A stretch of DNA of 63,248 nucleotides, counting the filler, from Collodictyon triciliatum (Eukaryota), in the NCBI GenBank assembly GCA_043381765.1. It is 7 parts of 7 records of this genome, joined end to end, with 100 filler letters (N's around TTAATTAATTAA, not from the genome) between each part and the next. Parts side by side here need not be neighbours in the genome. Positions count along the whole stretch, not along the records: positions 9,729 to 18,675 come from JBHJMP010002941.1; positions 18,776 to 28,652 come from JBHJMP010002943.1; 5 more parts are not named here. The stretch is one strand, 5' to 3'. Below, in pieces: positions 13,934 through 24,308 of this stretch. The notes under the pieces are model-generated. The model was not told the DNA's origin, did no database searches, and saw only the letters and a list, made by a program, of their open reading frames with translations. The translations under genes and the position numbers were made by a program. Within the stretch, counting starts at the first letter, position 1; every line of letters begins with the position of its first letter.

Positions 13934-15059
13934 GTTTTATGTGTGTGTTTTTTGTGTGTGTTTTTTGTGTGGTTTTTTGTGTGTGTTTTGTGTGTGTTTT
14001 ATGTGTGTGTTTTATGTGTGTGTTTTTTGTNNNNNNNNNNNNNNNNNNNNNNNNNNNNNNNNNNNNNNNNNNNNNNNNNNNNNNNNNNNNNNNNNNNNNN
14101 NNNNNNNNNNNNNNNNNNNNNNNNNNNNNNNNNNNNNNNNNNNNNNNNNNNNNNNNNNNNNNNNNNNNNNNNNNNNNNNNNNNNNNNNNNNNNNNNNNNN
14201 NNNNNNNNNNNNNNNNNNNNNNNNNNNNNNNNNNNNNNNNNNNNNNNNNNNNNNNNNNNNNNNNNNNNNNNNNNNNNNNNNNNNNNNNNNNNNNNNNNNN
14301 NNNNNNNNNNNNNNNNNNNNNNNNNNNNNNNNNNNNNNNNNNNNNNNNNNNNNNNNNNNNNNNNNNNNNNNNNNNNNNNNNNNNNNNNNNNNNNNNNNNN
14401 NNNNNNNNNNNNNNNNNNNNNNNNNNNNNNNNNNNNNNNNNNNNNNNNNNNNNNNNNNNNNNNNNNNNNNNNNNNNNNNNNNNNNNNNNNNNNNNNNNNN
14501 NNNNNNNNNNNNNNNNNNNNNNNNNNNNNNNNNNNNNNNNNNNNNNNNNNNNNNNNNNNNNNNNNNNNNNNNNNNNNNNNNNNNNNNNNNNNNNNNNNNN
14601 NNNNNNNNNNNNNNNNNNNNNNNNNNNNNNNNNNNNNNNNNNNNNNNNNNNNNNNNNNNNNNNNNNNNNNNNNNNNNNNNNNNNNNNNNNNNNNNNNNNN
14701 NNNNNNNNNNNNTTTTTTATGTGTGTTTTTTTATGTGTGTTTTTTTATGTGTGTTTTTTTATGTGTGTTTTTTTTTGTGTGTTTTTTTATGTGTGTTTTT
14801 TTTATGTGTGTTTTTTTATGTGTGTTTTTTATGTGTGTTTTTTATGTGTGTTTTTTTATGTGTGTTTTTTTATGTTGTTTTTTATTGTGTTTTTTTATGT
14901 GTGTTTTTTATGTGTGTTTTTTTATGTGTGTTTTTTTATGTGTGTTTTTTTATGTGTGTTTTTTTATGTGTGTTTTTTTATGTGTGTTTTTTTATGTGTG
15001 TTTTTTTATGTGTGTTTTTTTATGTGTGTTTTTTTATGTGTGTGTTTTGTGTGTGTTTT
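13934..15059. repeat. (TTTTTTTATGTGTG)n-type degenerate array upstream of BET1, interrupted by N gap
   Basis: Directly visible either side of the gap. Confidence 0.85.
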
Positions 15060-16147
15060 GAGGGATCTCTTCCGCTTTTGTCGCCGACAAGGATGAGAGT
15101 GATCAGATCTGCTTTGTCTGGATAATCCATAAATGGTATGTGAAATCAGAATCGTTTTTGATCAAAAAATGCGAGACAAAACGCAACGACAAAGCAGACC
15201 CGCACGCACGGTTCTTCAACCCCCGTTCTTCGCACTTATCTCTCATGACCAACGCGTGNNNNNNNNNNNNNNNNNNNNNNNNNNNNNNNNNNNNNNNNNN
15301 NNNNNNNNNNNNNNNNNNNNNNNNNNNNNNNNNNNNNNNNNNNNNNNNNNNNNNNNNNNNNNNNNNNNNNNNNNNNNNNNNNNNNNNNNNNNNNNNNNNN
15401 NNNNNNNNNNNNNNNNNNNNNNNNNNNNNNNNNNNNNNNNNNNNNNNNNNNNNNNNNNNNNNNNNNNNNNNNNNNNNNNNNNNNNNNNNNNNNNNNNNNN
15501 NNNNNNNNNNNNNNNNNNNNNNNNNNNNNNNNNNNNNNNNNNNNNNNNNNNNNNNNNNNNNNNNNNNNNNNNNNNNNNNNNNNNNNNNNNNNNNNNNNNN
15601 NNNNNNNNNNNNNNNNNNNNNNNNNNNNNNNNNNNNNNNNNNNNNNNNNNNNNNNNNNNNNNNNNNNNNNNNNNNNNNNNNNNNNNNNNNNNNNNNNNNN
15701 NNNNNNNNNNNNNNNNNNNNNNNNNNNNNNNNNNNNNNNNNNNNNNNNNNNNNNNNNNNNNNNNNNNNNNNNNNNNNNNNNNNNNNNNNNNNNNNNNNNN
15801 NNNNNNNNNNNNNNNNNNNNNNNNNNNNNNNNNNNNNNNNNNNNNNNNNNNNNNNNNNNNNNNNNNNNNNNNNNNNNNNNNNNNNNNNNNNNNNNNNNNN
15901 NNNNNNNNNNNNNNNNNNNNNNNNNNNNNNNNNNNNNNNNNNNNNNNNNNNNNNNNNNNNNNNNNNNNNNNNNNNNNNNNNNNNNNNNNNNNNNNNNNNN
16001 NNNNNNNNNNNNNNNNNNNNNNNNNNNNNNNNNNNNNNNNNNNNNNNNNNNNNNNNNNNNNNNNNNNNNNNNNNNNNNNNNNNNNNNNNNNNNNNNNNNN
16101 NNNNNNNNNNNNNNNNNNNNNNNNNNNNNNNNNNNNNNNNNNNTCTC

Positions 16148-16178
<31 letters not shown>

Positions 16179-17154
16179 TCTCTCTCTNNNNNNNNNNNNN
16201 NNNNNNNNNNNNNNNNNNNNNNNNNNNNNNNNNNNNNNNNNNNNNNNNNNNNNNNNNNNNNNNNNNNNNNNNNNNNNNNNNNNNNNNNNNNNNNNNNNNN
16301 NNNNNNNNNNNNNNNNNNNNNNNNNNNNNNNNNNNNNNNNNNNNNNNNNNNNNNNNNNNNNNNNNNNNNNNNNNNNNNNNNNNNNNNNNNNNNNNNNNNN
16401 NNNNNNNNNNNNNNNNNNNNNNNNNNNNNNNNNNNNNNNNNNNNNNNNNNNNNNNNNNNNNNNNNNNNNNNNNNNNNNNNNNNNNNNNNNNNNNNNNNNN
16501 NNNNNNNNNNNNNNNNNNNNNNNNNNNNNNNNNNNNNNNNNNNNNNNNNNNNNNNNNNNNNNNNNNNNNNNNNNNNNNNNNNNNNNNNNNNNNNNNNNNN
16601 NNNNNNNNNNNNNNNNNNNNNNNNNNNNNNNNNNNNNNNNNNNNNNAGGAGAGTCTTGGGCAGCGAGAAGGTCGGATGGATAGCCTGGTTGGTTGATTAG
16701 GGTGCGGGTTCATTAGATGCCAGATATGTGACGGGGGTTATCGCACAAGACTTTCCGGCCCAGTCCTCTTCCCTTGCGACCGAGGGAGCATACCTCAAAC
16801 CTGATTAGATCACGTTTGTGTTCTTGGTAGCGCCCTCTTGTCCAAACTCACCAACCTGAGAAAATGACGCTTACACATACCTCTTTCGCCCAACCACTTT
16901 TTTCAACGCATCCCAGTATTACTAGTATACACATACAGAATAATATTGACAAATTTCCACAATTTATGAAATTGTATTATATATATTTATAAATTAAATA
17001 TTTACAAATATATTCCAGATATGTACCATGTGGTCTTTGTCCGCTCGCAAAACCCAGCCCAACCCCGCGCATCACATCCATCCACTGCCACACGAGGCCA
17101 CGACGAAAAGCAAAGCCAGCAAAGAAAACAAGCAAAGCCAGCAAAAGAGAAAGA

Positions 17155-18608
17155 ATGCCACCGACTCGGCCCAGAGGCGGAGCCAAAGAGAGTCGAGGAA
17201 ACGGACGCGGCAAAGACCGTGAAGATCGAGAAGATCGAGGAGGTCGAGGAGGTCGAGGAGGTCGAGGAGGTCGTGGAGGTCGAGAAGGTCGCGAAGATCG
17301 AGGAGGTCGTGGAGGTCGTGGAGGTCGTGGAGGTCGCGGAGGTCGTGGAGGACTCCGAGAAGGAAGCCGCGCACAGAACAAAGACAAAAACGAGCCGAAG
17401 AAGATCGACGGCCCAGAATACGACATCTTTGACTTGCAGGACGATGACCGGGAAGAGAAGAAGCAGGCGATGATGAATCGCACGCGATTCCGCGGAGTTG
17501 ATTCGTACGAGTACGAAGAGTTTGAAGGTGGCGCCGATGAAGACATCGACAGTGACGAGGCGTTTGGAGAGTCTGACGAAGAGAACTACGGCAGCATGTT
17601 TGGCACCAAAAGCAAGAATGAGCCTCGGGTATCGCTGGACTCGAGCGACGAGGACGCTGGCGATAACGGCAAGTCTTCTGGTCCAAAGAAGGGCCAGGCG
17701 AAGAAGTCGAAGCAGAAGCAGAAGAAAAAGGCCAAGAAGACCCAGGTTGGTTTTTATTTTTCTCTTTGTGCTCTCATTTCTATGGTATTGCATCGAATTT
17801 TAGTTTAATGTATCACTTATCATTTCCCGATAACTTTTTGGAGTATATATAAAGGAAAGGAAAGGAAAAAACGAAGATTTAAAAGTACATTCCTATAGAA
17901 CAATGATAGCGATGAAGGTGATGATGACGATGACGAGGGGGAACTTTTTGACATCGAAAAAATCTTGGATTCTCAGCCCGGTGTATCATCCAAGGCTCTT
18001 CAAGTTGATGGTGATGATGGCGGTGATGATGCGAGTGATGAAGATGAAGATGAAGACGAAGATGATGTATATTGTGTTAATATAATTAAATTGATATCAT
18101 TTTCTTCTTCTCATTTGAATGAATCCTTAATTGAATTATATGATTAACTGCTTACGCTAATATGATGCATGAATCCAGGCAGACGGAGCTAAATATAGCA
18201 ATATATTGTCCACATTCCGCTCATTGGGCAATGGCAGAGACAAGAAAAAGAAAAAGAAGCATGTCGCTGCATTCTCTGAATTTGCACCGGAATCAGAGTT
18301 TAACATAAATCCATCTGACAATAAAGGTAACATCCCATGTGTCAAAGAGCGATATTATATGTCGAGTGAATTATTTGTCTATAAATATATTGAAAGTCAA
18401 TTTATACATAAAATTGATGTTAATTATCATTCAATGCTGTCTCTACATGGTCATCGTTGTTGCTCTTATGCCTCCCGAGCAGATAGCGAGTTGAGATTTG
18501 AAGACTTGGTGGCCCCGCTCGGGGAAACCCTGGAGGTTGAAGAAACAAAAAAGAAACTAAACAAACTAGACAAAATACAAGGAAACTTGTCGGTCACAGT
18601 ACCGCTCC

Positions 18609-18611
<3 letters not shown>
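17155..18611 (+). CDS. UTP14: U3 snoRNA-associated protein 14, 5' part (rest lost in gap)
   Basis: EDIDSDEAFGESDEE, SEFAPESEFNINP, LRFEDLVAPL...KKLNKL...LSVTVPLP match recalled Utp14 N-terminal motifs. N-terminal RGG repeats and acidic tracts are present. Confidence 0.8.
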
Positions 18612-18675
<64 letters not shown>

Positions 18676-18775
18676 NNNNNNNNNNNNNNNNNNNNNNNNN
18701 NNNNNNNNNNNNNNNNNNNTTAATTAATTAANNNNNNNNNNNNNNNNNNNNNNNNNNNNNNNNNNNNNNNNNNNN

Positions 18776-19060
18776 TGTGTGAATGTGTGAATGTGTGAAT
18801 GTGTGAATGTGTGAATGTGTGAATGTGTGAATGTGTGAATGTGTGAATGTGTGAATGTGTGAATGTGTGAATGTGTGATTGTGTGAATGTGTGAATGTGT
18901 GAATGTGTGAATGTGTGAATGTGTGAATGTGTGAATGTGTGAATGTGTGAATGTGTGAATGTGTGAATGTGTGAGTGTGTCAATGTGTGAGTGTGTCAAT
19001 GTGTGAATGTGTGAATGTGTGAATGTGTCAATGTGTGAATGTGTCAATGTGTGAATGTGT
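18776..19060. repeat. (TGTGAATG)n 8-mer array
   Basis: Directly visible. Confidence 0.9.
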
Positions 19061-19098
19061 GAGCGTGTGATTACATATCTGAGTCCGACAATATGCAG

Positions 19099-22000
19099 CA
19101 CACCACTTCATTGGGCCACAATACATGGACAAATTGAGAAGACAATACAACTTTTAAAAAAGGGAGCCAGTGTACATGCAAAAAATAATGCTGGGTACTT
19201 AAATATTTCGTTTCCGATACTAGATACTAGATACTAATCCTTTTTTTTCTTTCTAATTTATATCATAATGAACTACATGTGCCATTTTTCATGCTAAACA
19301 AAGAGCTAAAAGAATCTCAAATTGACGAAGCAATCTTGTACTCGTATTTGAATGTTTATTAACAACCTTACTTAACCTTAGTTACACACCTCTGCATTGT
19401 GCTGCTGAATTTGGCAACGTTCGGCTCGTCCATATACTATTCGAACATGGTGCTGACCCGAAAATGCTGACGGCGACTGGACATACAGCGGTATGCACAG
19501 AATATGCACTTCTATTCATACTTGCATAATCCGCTATATATCACACACGTGATTCGTTATTTCCCAAAAAAAAAGCCGTAAAAATCACATTAAGTCGAAT
19601 ATCAACTTCAGCTGCACTGTGCTGCTCGTTGGGGGCATTTAAGCGTAATGGAAGTCCTGATCGAGCAGTACAAGTTTGATGTGAATTCTCAAGATCAGAA
19701 CGGTTTGTAATTCATTTTTGGTTCCCCTGAGATATGTGGTTTTAAAATAGCCCAGTTTCATACCCGTTTGGTTTCTGTATTTTTTTTTAATTACCAAGCG
19801 GTCTTATCCTTTGATGAAATTTCAGATGGTATTAATGTAATTATTTATCACCTTTTCTCTTCCTTCAAGGCTGGTCCCCTCTTCACTTCGCTGCCTTTCA
19901 CGGCTTTGATGAGTTAGTCAAATTTCTTTGCGCCAACGGGGCCAACTTTTCATTGACGACCAAAAGGGGAGAGGTTTGATTGCATAATCACGCACTTTTA
20001 CCCAGCACCAAATGACTTATACTATACATATGTACGCGACTTCGCAGAGATACTCATTCTGAATAAATTGATGGAAAAAAAAAAAAGATCTTCTATCTCT
20101 GATAATAAGAATTGTCGAAATGACATCCTACACTGTAGACACCCATCCATGGAGCGTCGGTAAATGGTCACGAAAAGTGTGTTGGCTTGTTGCTGGGTGT
20201 TGGGTCCAATGTGAACTCTACAGACAGTTGGGGAGGAAGTACTTCAATTATTGAAGAAATTCTGTTTTATCTTTTCATCACAACATATTGTATTTAAACT
20301 TAATTCAAAACTTTTAATACAAAGAACGGTTTATGTTTTCTTCGATTATTCTATTACACTTTAGTTACATATTATACTTTTTTTCTTCTAGTAAGAACTA
20401 AACCGCATATCACATCATGCAGCACCACTCCATTACTCAAGCTATAATGGCCATGACAAAACAGCCAAACTACTAATCTCACACGGTAAACTCATTTTGT
20501 TCTTTTTTATATACCCTGTAAAAAACAACTTCTATATATTGAAGCCATTTTCCCATAACATACTCTGAAATACTTTTCTACTCTCATATACAAACTTACC
20601 TAATATTGAAGGTGCGGATCCAACCATTCGCGATTCGAGCGGTAGAACACCATCAGATGTAGCCAGCAAAAATTGTGCAGATGTTTTACGAGTACTTTTT
20701 TTTTAAATCAATATTTTTTCTCTCTCTCTGAATGTCGATTTCCATTTGCTTAATGACCTAAATACCGATTCTTGGGCAACAGTAACATGGACCAATAAAC
20801 TGAGGCACAACTTTTGTGACTCATTTGTGATTTTTTTTCTTGCTAGAAATTTATGTAATTTTTTTTCCTATATAGGAGGCAGAGAGGCGTTTGCATACTC
20901 AAAGCACCCGAACTCGAGCCATAAGCGAGGACTCTACTGTAATTACTTATATCAATCACCAGATGAACTATTTGACCCAGTGCCTCTCCGATAGTAAGTT
21001 CATCTGCTAATACTAACTTTGTTATCTAATTTTTACATGTGATAGATTATACTTCAAATTCACTTCGAGGCCACCTCCCGAAAAACTAAAGTAACTCTGG
21101 ATATCTCCTACGAAGCACTTATCTCGAATATCGAGTCCCTATTCTCCATACGATGTTCCTTTAAAGTTTACTACATCGATGAAGAGCATGGTTATGGCCA
21201 TCCCTCTCCAATGAAACATGACCAACAGCAGGTGAAAATAATAATAATAGTAATGATAGTGCATATAGTTATGGAAAATAGTATTCAAACGATGGGGGTT
21301 AACAACTTTGCCTATTTGCGAATATGCATCCACACTACGACAGCCAGTGATATACTTCAACGCGCGCTCGACTATTCACTCCAACTTGGTTCTAATATCT
21401 GGTGACGAGGACCTAAAAATTGCGATGGGGGAATTTCGAAAAAAGAAAAATAAAAGGGTCAAAATTTTTGTCGAGGAAGAGAAAAGTATACTCCACATCC
21501 ACAATATGTTCTTCAAACAAAATTTAAAATATTTTTCTATTGATGATGCTGTAAAAATGAACCACCGAAGAGCGTTTTTATATTTATGCATATACCACAG
21601 TTTGCTAATCGAATGACTTTGTGCTAATTTTTTTTCCGATTAGATCATATTCCCTTTATTTGCATGGTTACAAACACGCCCTTTGCATCCACAATTTTTA
21701 CCAACCCTTCGAATGAAAAGCATACCATACTGGAGCACAGGCTAGTCCGTGTCTCTCCGAAGGCCACATACCAAGAGTTTCGTAATCTCTTGGAAAGCAG
21801 ACTTAAGTGCTCTCCAACTCATGTGTACTTCAGAGTACAAGACTTCTTGGTTACAGTCGATAGCGACCAAGATTGGAGAGAAGTGAGTGTTTCTTTCTCT
21901 TTCCTTTTTCCTTTTTCCTTCTCCTCTCTTCATTTTTCTCTCCTTTCTCCTTTTTGATTTTTCTCCCTTGAAGATAACAAGGAAACAATCACGACTCATT

Positions 22001-22532
22001 TTTGTGCGTGCAATATTCCATTATTTGAATTTCACTGCGCCATTGAACATTGATATCTTTTGTCTAAACCACGACTTATTTTGCTTCCTCTGGGCGATGG
22101 GGACATGATGAGTGTTGCCTTGTTGGAGTTGAGAGTGTTTTTTCCCTTTATTCGATTCAAAGTGGAGTTGAGAGTGTTGATTAATGAGTTGATATAAATG
22201 CAGGTTATCACAGAGTTGCACTTGGACCAAAGTCGCCCTAAAAGTACCTCTCCATTTACCGATTCGCAGTCTCTAGTCGATGTGCACACACATTTCGGCT
22301 CCTTGTCCATGCCATCTCGTAATATATACGATTTTTATCATAATATATCGATACCAAAGAAATCTGGGGAACATGTATTTTTCATATTTGATAGGCCACA
22401 TCTGAAACAGATTACATAGAAGCTTCTCATTTTTCTTCTCTCCGTTAAGAAGGAAGGCCGCTTCTTTATGTTGTAATACCATCTGTGGTCGAACCAGCAG
22501 CGCACAATGCGGAACCACGAAGTGATTTATAA
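19099..22532 (+). CDS. Ankyrin-repeat protein with two PB1-like domains (5' end in gap)
   Basis: Six ankyrin repeats (TPLHWAT, TPLHCAA, TALHCAA, SPLHFAA, TPIHGAS, TPLHYSS). These are followed by IILQIHFEATSRKTKVTLDISYEALISNIESLF...KVYYIDEEH...LVLISGDEDLKIAM...RVKIFV and HRLVRVSPKATYQEFRNLLESRL...FLVTVDSDQDWRE...RPLLYVVI. Stop TAA at 22530-22532. Confidence 0.85.
22124..22178 (-). mobile_element. 23-nt retroelement 3'-end insertion with perfect 16-bp target-site duplication
   Basis: TGGAGTTGAGAGTGTT (22124-22139 and 22163-22178) flanks TTTTCCCTTTATTCGATTCAAAG. The minus strand reads CTTTGAATCGAATAAAGGG-An. Confidence 0.8.
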
Positions 22533-22638
22533 AATAAAATATATTTTAAAAAACATCAACGCTAAATGCAAGGGTTATTTATAAGATACACGTTTTTAAT
22601 TGCCTATTGACGTTGATAGCGGATAGTATAGCGCACGA

Positions 22639-22795
22639 TTTTTTTTTCCTTTATTCGATTCAAAGTGTAGCGAGGTTATGCCATACAAAGGGGCGGGATG
22701 GAGCGCATGGGAGAGAGCAAACGCGAGTAGGAGAAGACACTACCGTGGAGAGGGTAGCACTGGAAAGAAATCAGTGATAGCGAGCTGGTCAGGTG
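22639..22795 (-). mobile_element. Longer (~155 bp) polyA-tailed copy of the same element family
   Basis: Minus strand ends ...CTACACTTTGAATCGAATAAAGG-A9. Nearly identical to 22899-23052. Confidence 0.7.
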
Positions 22796-22821
22796 GGCGT
22801 CCCAACTGGTTGATTGGTTGT

Positions 22822-22899
22822 GATAGTGATAGTGATAGTGATAGTGATAGTGATAGTGATAGTGATAGTGATAGTGATAGTGATAGTGATAGTGATAGT
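22822..22899. repeat. (GATAGT)13 microsatellite between the two long element copies
   Basis: Directly visible. Confidence 0.9.
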
Positions 22900-23052
22900 T
22901 TTTTTTTCCTTTATTCGATTCAAAGTGTAGCGAGGTTATGCCATACAAAGGGGCGGGATGGAGCGCATGGGAGAGAGCAAACGCGAGTAGAAGACACTAC
23001 CGTGGAGAGGGTAGCACTGGAAAGAAATCAGTGATAGCGAGCTGGTCAGGTG
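22899..23052 (-). mobile_element. Second long copy of the polyA-tailed element (3-nt deletion relative to first)
   Basis: Direct repeat of 22639-22795; GAGTAGGAGAAGAC versus GAGTAGAAGAC. Confidence 0.7.
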
Positions 23053-24308
23053 AAATGCAATTTTCATCATGAACCATTTCTCGCCCTCCCATTATTGTTA
23101 GATTATTTTAATAACAATTAGATGGAAGAGGAAAAAAAGAGGGAAAAGAAGAGAAAACTTCACTGGACGTACTTTATTATTTCGATTAATTTTCATTTTT
23201 CATTTTTCGTTATCTGCAGTACCCACGGGATCTTTGTTGTTGTTATTTATTTCTTATGAAAACAACAATTTTATTATCATATCGTGGTATAATTCCATTT
23301 ATTTCAATACACAGATTTGATTCGAAGCAACGCTGGGAAACAAAAGGAAATATGTAACTGTCTAGAAACTGCAAAGGGGTTCCTCGCAAAGCTTGTTCAT
23401 CTAGGAAGCCTTGATATTTCTATAGTAATCGGAGTGAGGCATATAATTTATGCCTTGCAGCTTCTTTTTCATGCGAGGTTCTTGGACTATGCAGACTTTA
23501 TGATTAAATCCACATATGAATTTCTGTTGAGGAATACTTCATCGAAACATTAGCTTGTTTTGGTGGGTTGCTCGAAATAGGTTTTTTTTTGAGGATAATC
23601 CCTTTATGTGGAGGTTCTCTTGCCGACAACCGCGGTATGAGTGAAACAGAAAACTACATTGGAGAAATGTTTTGGAAATGATGACGTCATAAGTACCTAA
23701 ATTAAGTATAATTCCACAAATAGATAGTGTTATATTCAAACTTCGTGCCCATATTTGGGAGATGTCCCGCATTAAGCTATAAGTTTGTCCGAAAACGTGG
23801 TAGTACCCCATATATGGAAGGGGCCACCTCAGAACGTGCATAGAAATTACCCCAAAATTCCTAAAAATCCGTTTGTATAAATTGAATGCGCTCGATAGAA
23901 AATTCGTCCACAAACCAAAACACAAGAAAAATGGCAGAAGCCGCAGAAATCAAGCAGAATGAGAACAAGAGCAGATCCGCTCAAAGACGAAAGAAAGAAA
24001 AATATAAATTGTTCATAGTCGATCAATGCTTAACCTTCACCACCTGCCCGCCCCAATCACAATCTAACACAATCTAACATTTAAAACAAAACAAAAATGA
24101 CTTCTAAAAAGATAATGAGTGCTGCGTAGTTGCCAGCCGCTGCCAAGTAAAAACCCGACAGATTGCTCACCACGCAACAACAGAGATCACCAGGAGGCAC
24201 ACAACCACAGCCGCAGCAGCCAAAGAAGCAGAGAGCCGACCGGACCGAGAAGAAGAGAGAGAAGAAAGCCGCTCAGAGAACAGAGGCAGCAGAGTCAAAG
24301 GCAAAGGC

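Noticed and set aside
22148-22160. TATTCGATTCA as a tRNA B-box or tRNA gene
   Set aside because: It is only a partial match to GGTTCGANTCC, with no A-box or cloverleaf visible.
22639-23052. Direct repeats as LTRs or a CRISPR-like array
   Set aside because: There are only two units, with no TG...CA ends, no internal coding region and no unique spacers. The polyA signal and tail fit a non-LTR 3' end better.
23317-23925. Short ORFs on both strands between the ankyrin and DBD-IPT genes
   Set aside because: No recognisable motifs, no RT or transposase signature, and no consistent exon structure.
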